Source: Nitrospirota bacterium
Lineage (GTDB): Bacteria; Nitrospirota; UBA9217
NCBI GenBank assembly: GCA_035623825.1
Contig: DASPSR010000045.1
Location: 1 to 64,000, forward strand
Length of the DNA stretch: 64,000 bases
Direction of reading: 5' to 3'
Shown: in pieces, positions 28,717 through 39,338 of the stretch
Layout of the letters: every line of letters begins with the position of its first letter
Numbering within the stretch: position 1 is the first letter of the stretch
The notes under the pieces: generated by a model
Database searches by the model: none
What the model was told of the DNA's origin: nothing
The model's input: the letters and a program-made list of their open reading frames with translations, nothing else
Program-made: the position numbers and the translations under genes

Positions 28717-30540
28717 TCAAAGCTGGGCGATGATGCTCTGTTGCTGGCCGGCTACATGCCAGGCTTTGTCCAGGGGGAGGGTGAAGGTGAATACGCTTCC
28801 GTGGCCCGGCGTGCTCTCGGCCCAGATAGAGCCGCCGTGATACTCTATGATCTGCCTCGTGATCGTGAGGCCAAGCCCCGAGCCTTCCGTATTGTTGGTC
28901 AGGACATCGCCGGAACGCCGGAATTTATCGAAGATCAGATTCAGGTCCCCTGCCGGAATGCCGATACCCGTATCAGACACGGACACCAGGATTCGCGGTT
29001 TCGGCGTCTCCCCAAGGCTGGTCGTGATCTGGATCTTGCCGCCTTGCGGCGTGAACTTGATGGCGTTCGAAAGGATGTTGTTTATCACCTGTATCAAGCG
29101 GTCCCTGTCACCGAAGATGAGCGGCAGCGGGTTCTTCACGCTGGTCGAGATGGCAATGCTTTTGTTGTCAGCGAGCGACTGTATGCCGGACACCGAAGTC
29201 TGGATTATCTCCTCGAGAGATACCTTGGCGATGCGCCAGCTCAATTTCCCGGCCTCGATCTTCGTGAGATCAAGGACATCGTTTATGAGTCTGGCCAGAC
29301 GGTCGGTCTCATTGTTGATGATCGTGAGGAGCTTGCTCCGTTTTTCCGCGGGCATCTTGGGCTTGATCAGGATAAGCTCCGTGAAGGCCTTGATGGAGGT
29401 GAGCGGTGTCCGCAGCTCATGCGAAACAATGGATATGAAGTCGGATTTGACCTGGTCGCTCTCTCTGAGCTTCCTGTTCGCCTCTTCAAGGTAGCGATTT
29501 GCAGTGGCGAGATTCTGGTTGGATGTCTGAAGACGCTCATACGCCTTCGTCAGGTGCTCGGTCTTCTCTATCACCCGGAATTCCAGGTTGCGGTTGAGGT
29601 CCTCGAGCTCGCTCCGGTTCTTCTCGAGCTGCAGCGCCATTTTGTCGAAGCTCTCGGACAGCACCCCGGTCTCGTCATTGGAAATGAGGTTCGCTCTTGC
29701 GTGCAGGTCGCCTTTCTCAATCTCCCGGATCACGGTCATCAGGTGTCCGAGCGGTCTGGAAATGCTGGTGGCGAGCAGGATGCCGATGCCTGTTGCCAGA
29801 ACGAGAGCGACGGCGGTGACGACGAGAATGATCCCGAAAAGGTGTGACATCACATGCTGCACGAAGGGGACGCTCCCTAAAGCGGCGCCCAGCTCCGTTC
29901 CCGTACGGTGATAGACGAGCGCCCCCAGGGCCAGAAGTGGCACTATCACCGTCGCAAGCAGGATGGACAGGAGCCGCATCCGGGTGCTGACATGGATGAC
30001 ATTGGACTCGTTGACGCGAACGGACTTGGTCTTCTCGGCGAGGACCTTCCGGACCGGATAGAGAAGGCGCTCGGTTAAAAAGAACGAGAAGATGGGATAG
30101 ACGGCAAGGAGCGCTGCGGCAGAGATCCCAAGACGGATGTTTTCCTTGAGCGGAAGGCCCCCGAGCGTTCCCATGTAGATGCAGACGAGCATCGTTACGA
30201 TTTCGTAGCGGACGAGGACGGATAAGGCATGGACAAGGGGAAGGTTGAGAGCCCTTACCCTGGCGGCGGCAATGACGTCGTGAGGAGGTTCCAGCCGGCG
30301 CTCCATGTAGAAAGTGAGCATCTCTATGGGGCGGCACTCCCATCGGTCGATGAAATAGAACGCCGAGGCGATCCCCAGCGGGGTGAGAATGATCATTGTC
30401 ACAATTATGTAATGGAACAGTTGGATCGGGCTGAAATCCATGCTCACCAGGATGTAGGGTATCAAGGTGGCAAAGATGACCGCAATGATAGCCAATTCGC
30501 TGTATGCAATTTTTGCCGAGACTTTTAGTTGTGTCGTCAT
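28717..30540 (-). CDS. Multi-TM HAMP histidine kinase
   Basis: About 6 TM, HAMP, SHELRTPL, NAIKFT, GSGLGL; probable start ATG 30540. Confidence 0.9.
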   Translation of the reverse strand: MTTQLKVSAKIAYSELAIIAVIFATLIPYILVSMDFSPIQLFHYIIVTMIILTPLGIASAFYFIDRWECRPIEMLTFYMERRLEPPHDVIAAARVRALNLPLVHALSVLVRYEIVTMLVCIYMGTLGGLPLKENIRLGISAAALLAVYPIFSFFLTERLLYPVRKVLAEKTKSVRVNESNVIHVSTRMRLLSILLATVIVPLLALGALVYHRTGTELGAALGSVPFVQHVMSHLFGIILVVTAVALVLATGIGILLATSISRPLGHLMTVIREIEKGDLHARANLISNDETGVLSESFDKMALQLEKNRSELEDLNRNLEFRVIEKTEHLTKAYERLQTSNQNLATANRYLEEANRKLRESDQVKSDFISIVSHELRTPLTSIKAFTELILIKPKMPAEKRSKLLTIINNETDRLARLINDVLDLTKIEAGKLSWRIAKVSLEEIIQTSVSGIQSLADNKSIAISTSVKNPLPLIFGDRDRLIQVINNILSNAIKFTPQGGKIQITTSLGETPKPRILVSVSDTGIGIPAGDLNLIFDKFRRSGDVLTNNTEGSGLGLTITRQIIEYHGGSIWAESTPGHGSVFTFTLPLDKAWHVAGQQQSIIAQL

Positions 30541-30547
30541 ATTTCCG

Positions 30548-31723
30548 TCAAGGGAACAAGAGCTTGATCGCTGCTTTCCGGAGCATAGCGGGATCGAGGC
30601 CGAGCTTCTCCAGTATGGGCGGCACCGCAACCAAAAGATCCTTTGCCGTATTTACGTCATTGTTGCTGAGCTTCCATCTATCGGAATCGCTCATGCCGGT
30701 TACCCTGCTGAGCGGGGCGTCGTTCTTCGACGTGTACATGACCACCATCCTTGATTCACCCTGGATGATCGGCAGGAAGGTATAGTGTTTTATGCCGGCT
30801 TTCCTGATGATCTCGTCAGCCTCGGTCTCGGTAAAAAATCCTGTGTAATCGGTGAATAACGTCGAAAGAAGCACATCGACGGCGATCGTTTCGACGTTAT
30901 TGACGATCACCTGGTTGAAGAAAATGCCGTACCGGGAAACTCTGACCATTTCCTGGAGGAACCTTTCCCTCTTGTAGACGGGAAGATAGTGCAACACGTT
31001 TATCGCGGATACCCAGTCGTATGCACCGTCGTTGAATCGTGACAGGTCCATGACATCGCCAACCTGAAGTTCGACCTGGTCCTGGAGGCCCGCATCCGTA
31101 TTCTTCCGTTTCCCGAGCTCGAGGGTATGGATATTGATGTCGAGCCCCGAGGCGCTGATGCCAGGGCAGACCTTAACCGTCTCCCGGAGGACCGTTCCGT
31201 CCCCGCAGCCCAGGTCAAGGATCATGTGGCCGGAGGAAAGTCCGGCCCACATGAAGAATTCAGCGGAAGCCTTGGAAAGATGAGAGGCTACCCGAGGAAT
31301 GTATTCGCGGCTGATTTTCCCCTGCGTGATGCTGTCTAGGCCGACCCCTTTCTGATAGGCCTCTTTGGAGTTCTGGAGGGCCTTGGTAAAATAGCTGAAC
31401 ATATGATGCAGCCCGAGCAGGTCGGGCGCCGGAGTGCCCCGCCGCAAGAGGACGCCCTTGGCTGTCAGGCAGTAGCCGTTATCGGCCCTGCTGACATAAC
31501 CGTTGGCGACCGCAAAGCGCAGCCACCGTTCGACCTTGCTGATGTCATATCCCATCTGGGCGGAAAGTTCCTGGGCCGTAACGGCTTTTTTGTCCGGTAT
31601 CCAGTCGAAGAAGCCGAGCTCGATCCCCTGGACGGTGTCGAGGGCAATGGTGCCCTGAACGAGCATGTTCAGGAGGTCAGCCGAAAATTTCTTTATGTCA
31701 TCAGGGTCCATTGACCGCTCCAT
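30548..31723 (-). CDS. Class I SAM-dependent methyltransferase with N-terminal winged-helix
   Basis: ILDLGCGDG motif I, GLDI, VGD; N-terminal ELS...VERWLR wHTH-like segment. Confidence 0.85.
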   Translation of the reverse strand: MERSMDPDDIKKFSADLLNMLVQGTIALDTVQGIELGFFDWIPDKKAVTAQELSAQMGYDISKVERWLRFAVANGYVSRADNGYCLTAKGVLLRRGTPAPDLLGLHHMFSYFTKALQNSKEAYQKGVGLDSITQGKISREYIPRVASHLSKASAEFFMWAGLSSGHMILDLGCGDGTVLRETVKVCPGISASGLDINIHTLELGKRKNTDAGLQDQVELQVGDVMDLSRFNDGAYDWVSAINVLHYLPVYKRERFLQEMVRVSRYGIFFNQVIVNNVETIAVDVLLSTLFTDYTGFFTETEADEIIRKAGIKHYTFLPIIQGESRMVVMYTSKNDAPLSRVTGMSDSDRWKLSNNDVNTAKDLLVAVPPILEKLGLDPAMLRKAAIKLLFP

Positions 31724-31750
31724 ACGGCATGTGACTGGAATGTTTATCCA

Positions 31751-32425
31751 TCATTTCTTGTTTATCAGTGCGCCGGCAGCGATGAGACCGTAAACAACCC
31801 AGATGATCAACAGCGTCCCCCAGATGTAGAAACCCATTCTCTTCACGGTATCCGTACGGGTTGCCTTGTTTTCGCGCCTGGTCTCTGCGTCCTTCTGCCG
31901 AGCACGCCGGTAAAAATCCTCGAATTGCCGGTATTGATCCGGGGCAAGTTCGTAAAGCCTGGCAAGGGGGATCGCGCTCTTGGGGAGCGAGAACGGAAAC
32001 CGGAAGGAAATGTCGACCTCCGGCTCTCGGGATAGCAGGGCGTTCTGCGTCCCGAGGTCGGTGTTCTCGAGCTCTTTCGCATAACAGTAGATCATATTCT
32101 GGGAGAGGTCTTTGCAGAATTCGCGGAAAGGTTTCTTTTTTTCGAATTTCGAATTGATGAGGCTGGTTTCGTAACAGGTCAATGCCGTTTTGTACTCGCC
32201 GAGTTTCTGGTGACACAGACCGGAGACAGCGAGCGAGGTTGCAAGCCCTGATACCCCGTTCGCGAGGGGATCGCTGAACGGACGTCCTTTCACATCCAGC
32301 TTGCGGAAGGAGTCTTCTGCCCGCCGCAGCTCATTGAGCGCCTCTTCGTAGAGTCCTTGCTGAAAGAGGGCGTGGCCCGAATGATAAAGCTTTTCGGCCG
32401 TTTGCCTTTTAATGGTTGTGGCCAT
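31751..32425 (-). CDS. TPR-containing protein with C-terminal TM
   Basis: TPR-like helices (GHALFQQGLYEEAL; GLCHQKLGEYKTAL) and hydrophobic C-terminus. Confidence 0.7.
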   Translation of the reverse strand: MATTIKRQTAEKLYHSGHALFQQGLYEEALNELRRAEDSFRKLDVKGRPFSDPLANGVSGLATSLAVSGLCHQKLGEYKTALTCYETSLINSKFEKKKPFREFCKDLSQNMIYCYAKELENTDLGTQNALLSREPEVDISFRFPFSLPKSAIPLARLYELAPDQYRQFEDFYRRARQKDAETRRENKATRTDTVKRMGFYIWGTLLIIWVVYGLIAAGALINKK

Positions 32426-32432
32426 ACCGGCA

Positions 32433-32804
32433 TTACTTATCGAAGATATGCTTTATCTTCGAAAGTATTTCCATCGGGCTGAACGGTTTCACGATGTATT
32501 CATCTGCGCCGACTTCTTTGCCGCGTTCCTGCTCGGCCGCCTGACCTTTGGCGGTCAGCATGATCACGTAGGTGTTTTTGAGGACAGGGTCGCTCTTGAT
32601 GGCTCGGCAGACATCGTAGCCGTTGATTTCCGGCATCATGATATCGAGGAACAGGATGTCGGGGCGGAATTCCTTGACTTTCTCGATCGTCTCTGCCCCA
32701 TCCTTCGCCAGCGACAATTCGTATCCCTCATCTTCGAGAAGATAGGTGAGAGCGTCCCTGATATTTTCGTTGTCGTCGGCTATGAGGATCTTCTTCTGTT
32801 CCAT
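32433..32804 (-). CDS. Single-domain response regulator
   Basis: ILIADD, LDIMMP, MLTA, KPF. Confidence 0.93.
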   Translation of the reverse strand: MEQKKILIADDNENIRDALTYLLEDEGYELSLAKDGAETIEKVKEFRPDILFLDIMMPEINGYDVCRAIKSDPVLKNTYVIMLTAKGQAAEQERGKEVGADEYIVKPFSPMEILSKIKHIFDK

Positions 32805-33095
32805 GATTGTGAGTCAACCAATATTTTATAGTCTATTAAAAAAATATTAGCTACTATTTATGTTTTTGTCAAGCGTGAAAAGGGTTCCTTTCCCTTCACT
32901 GTGTATTTGCGTAGAGGCGGGGGGATGTCGCTAGAGAAAAATTCTCTTTTAGCGGCGGCAAAGTTGAAAAAATGACGAACTGGATGTATTATATAAGGAA
33001 ATAGTATTCTTTGGGCTGTGGGCGGCAGTGACAGGCCCTGAGATCACAGTGACTCGCGGGAGTCTTCGTAAACATCCGACCGAGGGGGGCTTCAA

Positions 33096-34499
33096 GTGCA
33101 GGACAGGTATTTTGATGTCGACTCTCGTTCAGTCTTGGCGAGGGCGTTAAGGAACGGAGGTGAATATGCAGATCTGTTCCTTGAGCGGAGTACGCCTTTT
33201 TCCATCATGTGCGAGGACGGCAGGATCGAGAAGATCCTTGCCGGTCTTGATTGCGGTGTCGGTGTTCGGCTGATATTTGGAGCGCGGACGGCCTATGCCT
33301 ATTCAAATGATATCTCTCTTGCATCCCTTCTGGCTCTCGCCGATGCGGTCAGCCAGGCAGCTGCAGCTGAACGCAATGCTTCGCATGCTTCTGTCATAAA
33401 CCTTACCCGAAAAGATACTCACGTCGATTTCCCCATCGAGAAGTCGCCGGAAGCGGTCAGCACCGATCAAAAGGTCGGCATGGTGCTCCAGGCGAACCGC
33501 GTCGCCCTTTCCATAGATTCCCGCATCAGGCAGGTGATGGTCGTGTACCGGGAGAACCGTCAGCAGGTGCTTATAGCAAATTCCGACGGGTTCGTTGCAG
33601 AAGACGAACGCAGGCACCTCACCGCGGTTGTCCACGTGGTGGCGGCAAGCGGTGAAGTCGTGCAGACGGGATACGAGCCGGTCGGCGGGTTTGCCGGCAT
33701 GGAACTGTTTGATCGTGAACCGCTTGACAAAGCGGCAGAGATCGCGGGCCGGCGCGCTGTCATGATGCTGTCAGCCCGGAAGGCGCCTGCCGGGAGGATG
33801 CCGGTGGTCCTGTCGTCTTCGGCGGGGGGGACGATGATCCACGAGGCGGTCGGCCACGGGCTTGAAGCGGATCTGGCGCAGTCCGGTCTCTCCGTGTATT
33901 CGAACAAGATCGGCCAGCGGATCGCTTGCCCGCTCATCACCGTGGTGGACGACGCTACGCTCGCAGGGAAACGAGGTTCGTTCCGGTTTGACGATGAAGG
34001 CACCGAGGCCGAGCGAACCGTGCTGGTGGACAAAGGCGTGCTCAAGACGTTCATGTATGACAGGCTGACGGCCATGAAGGATGGGGCGCGCTCTACGGGT
34101 AACGGGAGACGTGAATCCTACAAGAATCGGCCAATCCCGCGGATGACGAATACCATGATAGCTCCGGGGACATCCGATCCGGGAGAGATCCTGCGCACTA
34201 CATCGAACGGCCTGTTCGTAAAGAAGATGGGCGGCGGTCAGGTGAACACGGTGAATGGCGATTTCGTGTTCGAGGTGAGCGAAGGGTACCGGATCGAGAA
34301 CGGTACGATCGGCGAGCCGGTGCGCGGCGCCACGCTCACGGGAAACGGTCCGCTGGTGCTCATGTCCATCGATATGGTCGGGTCCGACCTGGGATTTTCC
34401 ATCGGCACCTGCGGCAAGGACGGCCAGGGCTCTCCGGTAAGCGATGCCCAGCCTACGCTCAGGATCCCGGAGATCACCGTCGGCGGAGAAGTGGCGTGA
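33096..34499 (+). CDS. tldD: TldD metalloprotease
   Basis: HEAVGHGLEAD, DDEG, TGNGRRE, PRMTNT, CGKDGQ. Confidence 0.93.
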   Translation: MQDRYFDVDSRSVLARALRNGGEYADLFLERSTPFSIMCEDGRIEKILAGLDCGVGVRLIFGARTAYAYSNDISLASLLALADAVSQAAAAERNASHASVINLTRKDTHVDFPIEKSPEAVSTDQKVGMVLQANRVALSIDSRIRQVMVVYRENRQQVLIANSDGFVAEDERRHLTAVVHVVAASGEVVQTGYEPVGGFAGMELFDREPLDKAAEIAGRRAVMMLSARKAPAGRMPVVLSSSAGGTMIHEAVGHGLEADLAQSGLSVYSNKIGQRIACPLITVVDDATLAGKRGSFRFDDEGTEAERTVLVDKGVLKTFMYDRLTAMKDGARSTGNGRRESYKNRPIPRMTNTMIAPGTSDPGEILRTTSNGLFVKKMGGGQVNTVNGDFVFEVSEGYRIENGTIGEPVRGATLTGNGPLVLMSIDMVGSDLGFSIGTCGKDGQGSPVSDAQPTLRIPEITVGGEVA

Positions 34500-34523
34500 G
34501 GACCGGGAGAGAAATGGTGCGGC

Positions 34524-36266
34524 ATGATTGAGATCGTCAAAAAAAGGCTTGAACTAAAGATCATCATATCCCTCATTGCCGTCCTTTGCTGCATTATCGG
34601 GATTTTCACCTATGCAGATATCCGGACCATGCGGGCCGACACGATCCGGGACTCGGAGCAGAATCTCGGGGCCCTGGCACGGTCGGTCAAGGAGAGCGTG
34701 GCGGCCGCGATGAGAAAGCAGCACCAGGACGAGGTCCAACACATCATTGAAGGGGTGCAAAACACTTTCGGCGTTGCCGGCATCGTCATTTACAATGAAG
34801 AGGGGAAAGCGCTGCGTCGCACGGGAACGGAAAGGAACGGCAAGGAACCTGATCTGCCGATTCCGCCGCAGATACTTCACACCGTGTCCGATCGTGACCA
34901 TGCCGATATCCAACGGCGGAATGGGATTTATTACCTCTCCTATTACTCGCCGATAGCAAATCTGTCCGAGTGCATTACATGCCACGGAGATCAGAATAAG
35001 CTGAACGGAATTCTCAGAATAGATTTTTCCCTTCAGGACAGAGAAAAACTCATTGCTTCACGCCGCAACACCATTCTTATATGGTCTGCGTTCATGATTG
35101 CAGCGCTCATCGTGGCGCTGATGATCCTGCTTAGAGTCGTCGTATACAGGCCGGTCAGGGAACTGCGTGACGCCATGGTCCGTGCCGAATCGGGGGAGGA
35201 GAAGGTGCTGCTGTCGACTGCCGGTGACGATGAACTCTCCGATCTCAAGCGGAGGTTTGTAAGCATGCTCGACAGGATAAACGCCCTGCATGCAGCCAAT
35301 CTCGAAAAGGAAAAGGAAATAGCGCGGAATCAGGAGATCATGCGGTTTCGAGCTGAACTCCAGACCATGTTCGATGCCATGCCCGAGGGCGTGCTCCTGA
35401 TCGACGGGGACTTGAAGATCGTTCAGATAAATCCCCGGGCATATGAATTGCTGCCATGGCTGAAAACAGCCGCCGGACGGATTCCGCCCGAAAGAACGAA
35501 AAAAAGTTCTTGCCCCCATAAAGGCATACCGGAAGCGTTTGAAGAAGGAAAGATGTTTGAGCATCAGTGCAGTATCAAGCTGCCTGACGGCACGGTAAGG
35601 CATCTCCACAGCATCTGCGCGCCGATCCTCGAGGACGGCAGGGTGCTCTACGTGGTCGAGGTCATCCGGGACATCACCGAACGGGTCAAAACAGAAAGGG
35701 AGCTTGAGGAAAAAAAGTCGGAACTTCTCGCCGCGAACAGGCTGCTGTCGCAGGTTGCCATTACGGACAGCCTCACTCAGGTATATAATCGCCATCACTT
35801 CGATGGGCTCCTTCACAAGGAGATAAAACGCCTTACCCGGAGGAAGTATTCACATCTCTCGCTCATGATGATCGATATCGACCATTTCAAAAAGCTAAAT
35901 GACAGGTATGGCCACCTCACCGGAGATGCGGTGCTCAGCGAGGTCGCGAAAGTGCTCAAGGAGCACATCAGGACAACAGATACCATCGCACGATACGGGG
36001 GCGAGGAATTTGCCATTGTCATGCCGGATACCCACCTGGAAGGCGCGGTGTACCGGGCGGAGGTTCTGAGAAAGACAATTGAGAACACAGAATTCCAGGG
36101 ACATTACGGTTCAATCCGGATTACGATCAGCATCGGAGTGGCTGTCTATTCCGTCGGTTCTCCCCGTGACTTTGTTGCGATGGCGGACCAGGCACTGTAT
36201 CAAGCCAAGGACTCCGGCAGGAATGCGGTGGCCGCGAGCAGAACCGAAGATGTGGCAACCCTGTGA
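34524..36266 (+). CDS. Diguanylate cyclase with periplasmic CxxCH domain, HAMP and PAS
   Basis: CITCH between two TM; RTTD I-site; RYGGEEF. Confidence 0.9.
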   Translation: MIEIVKKRLELKIIISLIAVLCCIIGIFTYADIRTMRADTIRDSEQNLGALARSVKESVAAAMRKQHQDEVQHIIEGVQNTFGVAGIVIYNEEGKALRRTGTERNGKEPDLPIPPQILHTVSDRDHADIQRRNGIYYLSYYSPIANLSECITCHGDQNKLNGILRIDFSLQDREKLIASRRNTILIWSAFMIAALIVALMILLRVVVYRPVRELRDAMVRAESGEEKVLLSTAGDDELSDLKRRFVSMLDRINALHAANLEKEKEIARNQEIMRFRAELQTMFDAMPEGVLLIDGDLKIVQINPRAYELLPWLKTAAGRIPPERTKKSSCPHKGIPEAFEEGKMFEHQCSIKLPDGTVRHLHSICAPILEDGRVLYVVEVIRDITERVKTERELEEKKSELLAANRLLSQVAITDSLTQVYNRHHFDGLLHKEIKRLTRRKYSHLSLMMIDIDHFKKLNDRYGHLTGDAVLSEVAKVLKEHIRTTDTIARYGGEEFAIVMPDTHLEGAVYRAEVLRKTIENTEFQGHYGSIRITISIGVAVYSVGSPRDFVAMADQALYQAKDSGRNAVAASRTEDVATL

Positions 36267-36296
36267 ATTTGCGCAGTTCCAATACGGGGGGGAACC

Positions 36297-36788
36297 ATGA
36301 TCCGTGCGGCAATTATCACGCTGAGCGACAAAGGCGCATCGGGAGAGCGGCTTGACGAGAGCGGTCCGATTATCCGCGAGATGATCGCCGGCATCGGCGC
36401 CTCTGTCGTTCACTACGACATCCTGCCGGATGAAAAATCGGGAATCATCGACCTATTGATAAGATTATGTGACGCTGGAAACGTCGATCTCATCATCACG
36501 ACCGGCGGTACAGGCGTGGCCCCGCGGGATGTGACGCCGGAGGCCACGCTTTCTGTGATCGACCGCGAGCTTCCAGGCATGGCGGAAGCCATGCGAGCCG
36601 AAAGCCTCAAAAAGACGCCGCGCGCCATGATATCCCGGGCCATTGCCGGCATCAGGAAACACACCCTGATCGTGAACCTCCCAGGCAGCCCCCGGGCTGT
36701 GCGCGAAAACCTTGCCGTGATCCTTCCTGCCATCCCCCATACGATCGAAAAGATCAAGGGTGATCCTTCGGAATGCGGCGGTTTGTAG
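36297..36788 (+). CDS. Molybdopterin adenylyltransferase MogA/MoaB
   Basis: TTGGTG, RDVTPEAT, NLPGSP. Confidence 0.92.
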   Translation: MIRAAIITLSDKGASGERLDESGPIIREMIAGIGASVVHYDILPDEKSGIIDLLIRLCDAGNVDLIITTGGTGVAPRDVTPEATLSVIDRELPGMAEAMRAESLKKTPRAMISRAIAGIRKHTLIVNLPGSPRAVRENLAVILPAIPHTIEKIKGDPSECGGL

Positions 36789-36963
36789 CCGGGGCACGGC
36801 GCACACCTGCGCATGGCGAACAGCATCCGACGTAGCCCCGTTCTCGCGCGATGCGGCACTTTCCCCTGGTCATTCCCATGAAAAAATCCATTTGTCTCTC
36901 TCCGGTCTCTGTGATACACTTCTTAAAAATGCTCAATACGACCATGCATAACGAGGAGGGCCT

Positions 36964-37716
36964 ATGTTCTGTTCCCAATGCGGCAAGGAGGTAGCTGAAG
37001 GCCAGGCATTCTGCCCGCACTGCGGAGCCAGTCTTGCCGAACCCGCGCCGCCTGCCGGGGCGAGGGAAAAGACGCCTTGGGAGGACCGTGAAGCGCGGGG
37101 TTTTTTCACCGGGCTTTTTACGACCGTCAGGGACACATTGTTCCAGCCATCGGAATTTTTCAAGAAAATGCCGGTCACCGGCGGGCTTACAGACCCATTG
37201 CTGTATGCTCTGATCGTTGGGATGATCGGCCTTATGTTCTCGTATTTCTGGCAGGTCCTGCTTCAGGGTGCAATGCAGGAGACCATGTTCCCCGCGATGA
37301 AGACCGTTGCAGGGCAGAACATGTTCCGAGGAATCGGCATGGCCGCTCTGGCCTTCTTCAGTCCTTTTCTGATCATTCTCTGGCTCTTTGTCTGGTCGGG
37401 GGTTCTCCACCTGTTTCTTATGATGGTCAAGGGTGCGAGGTCCGGCTTCGAGGCAACCTTCAGAGTGGTAGCCTACAGTTCCAGTACGAACCTTCTTCTC
37501 ATCGTCCCCTTTTGCGGAAGCATTTTCGCGGGGGTGTGGGCCATCGTTCTCACGATCATCGGGATCAGGGAAGCACATGAGACGACGGGGGGAAAGGCGG
37601 CCATTGCGGTCTTCTTCCCTATCGTCGTCTGCTGTGGACTGATTCTTGCCGCCATAGCGCTGTTCGTGGGCGCTGCAGCGGTATCATTGGGCACTTTCAT
37701 GCAGATGCAGCAGTGA
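36964..37716 (+). CDS. Zinc-ribbon plus Yip1-domain membrane protein
   Basis: FCSQCG...FCPHCG, PWE, about 5 TM. Confidence 0.8.
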   Translation: MFCSQCGKEVAEGQAFCPHCGASLAEPAPPAGAREKTPWEDREARGFFTGLFTTVRDTLFQPSEFFKKMPVTGGLTDPLLYALIVGMIGLMFSYFWQVLLQGAMQETMFPAMKTVAGQNMFRGIGMAALAFFSPFLIILWLFVWSGVLHLFLMMVKGARSGFEATFRVVAYSSSTNLLLIVPFCGSIFAGVWAIVLTIIGIREAHETTGGKAAIAVFFPIVVCCGLILAAIALFVGAAAVSLGTFMQMQQ

Positions 37717-37734
37717 TGTGAAACGCATACTGAT

Positions 37735-38142
37735 ATGCGCCTGATACTGAAAGAGCGGATGCGTGGTCAAATAGAGTTCGGCATCATTTATGGCGGCATT
37801 GCCTTGCTCGCGGTCTTCGTAGGGCGGTTTGTGCCCGTACTTTCGTTTGCCCCTTCCTGCGTTTTCAAAGGTCTCACGGGCGTTCCGTGCCCCACCTGTG
37901 GCGCCACGCGTTCGGTTGTGCATTTTGCCCATGGAGAGCTTTCCGCGTCGCTTAGTTTGAACCCGCTGGTCCCGTTGTGCCTTGTCATTGCTTCCATTAT
38001 ATTTTTTTACAGTCTGACTACCCTGATTCTTGGCATCCCGCGCATCGGGATCATTCTTTCCGATCGTGAAAAGAACATTGCAAGGGCCGCAATGATCGCT
38101 CTCGTTTTGGCGAACTGGTGTTATCTGATCTTTTCGCGGTAA
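37735..38142 (+). CDS. DUF2752-like membrane protein
   Basis: CVFKGLTGVPCPTCGATRS, NPL. Confidence 0.8.
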   Translation: MRLILKERMRGQIEFGIIYGGIALLAVFVGRFVPVLSFAPSCVFKGLTGVPCPTCGATRSVVHFAHGELSASLSLNPLVPLCLVIASIIFFYSLTTLILGIPRIGIILSDREKNIARAAMIALVLANWCYLIFSR

Positions 38143-38270
38143 TTTCCTTATCTTCACGTCTGTCCTTTCTGTTTGAATAATAATATTATTTACATTTAGT
38201 CCATAGTATGTTAAAATAATTATCTTTTAGGAATAATCCAAATAAATTAGGCGGTTACGGAGGGTACGGC

Positions 38271-39224
38271 GTGGACCGTGCTGTGATAGGCGTGGACCTG
38301 GGGGGCACGAATTTAAGGACGGCCCTTGTAAGTCCCGACGGAGAGATTCTCGACAAGCACAAGGAGGCAACTCAGGCGGCCGACGGCTGGATGAAAGTTG
38401 TAGCGAGGCTGATTGATAACATCAAGCGGCAGAAAGAAAAAGGTGCGCAGAATGGAATGGAAGTTTCTTCCGTCGGTGTCGGCGCACCGGGCGTTATACT
38501 GGTGAACAAGGGTATCGTCGTGAAGTCTCCCAACTTCCCTGATTGGAACAACCTCCCGCTGAAGAGCGAGCTGGAGAAGGCGCTCAATATCCCGGTCTTT
38601 ATCGAAAATGATGCCAATGCTGCGGCCCTCGGGGAGAAATGGCGCGGCGCGGGACGCGATGTCGCGAGTATGATATTGCTTACCTTGGGCACAGGTGTGG
38701 GCGGCGGTATCATCCTCGATAACAAGGTATGGCATGGAGCAGACGGCATGGCCGGCGAGATAGGGCACATGACGCTCATTCCGGACGGCAGATCGTGCAC
38801 CTGCGGCAATAACGGCTGCCTGGAAATGTACGCATCGGCACGCGGCATAGTGCGAAGTTACCGGGAAGAATTGGAAAAGCGCAATCTGTCCGCGACGGCT
38901 AAAGACATCACGTCGGAAAAAGTGTATCAGGCGGCGCGCGAGGGAGACGCAGTCGCCCGAGGGGTGATGAAGGACATGGGCCGCATGCTCGGGATCGGCA
39001 TCGCGAGCTTGATCAACATCTTTAACCCGGAGAGGGTCGTGATCGGCGGAGGGGTCAAGGATGCATGGTCGCTGTTCATCGGGGCAACGCATGAGGAGAT
39101 CATGAAACGGGCATTTCAGGTCCCTGCTGAGCGGACCGAGATCGTGCCGTCATCGCTGGGCGATGACGCAGGCATGGTAGGTGCCGCCGCAGTAGCGCTC
39201 GAGAATCGTGCCGGACGATGTTGA
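38271..39224 (+). CDS. ROK family sugar kinase (glucokinase-like)
   Basis: DLGGT, ENDANAAALGE, GEIGH, CTCGNNGCLE. Confidence 0.92.
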   Translation: MDRAVIGVDLGGTNLRTALVSPDGEILDKHKEATQAADGWMKVVARLIDNIKRQKEKGAQNGMEVSSVGVGAPGVILVNKGIVVKSPNFPDWNNLPLKSELEKALNIPVFIENDANAAALGEKWRGAGRDVASMILLTLGTGVGGGIILDNKVWHGADGMAGEIGHMTLIPDGRSCTCGNNGCLEMYASARGIVRSYREELEKRNLSATAKDITSEKVYQAAREGDAVARGVMKDMGRMLGIGIASLINIFNPERVVIGGGVKDAWSLFIGATHEEIMKRAFQVPAERTEIVPSSLGDDAGMVGAAAVALENRAGRC

Positions 39225-39338
39225 GGGAAATATCGCGGTTTCAGATGAGGGTCAGGACCGAAGATACTGTTTCAGCGTGATGATCATCATGCCTATGATC
39301 CAAACGTTGTAGAATTGGAACGCGGGATCTCAGGGGTT

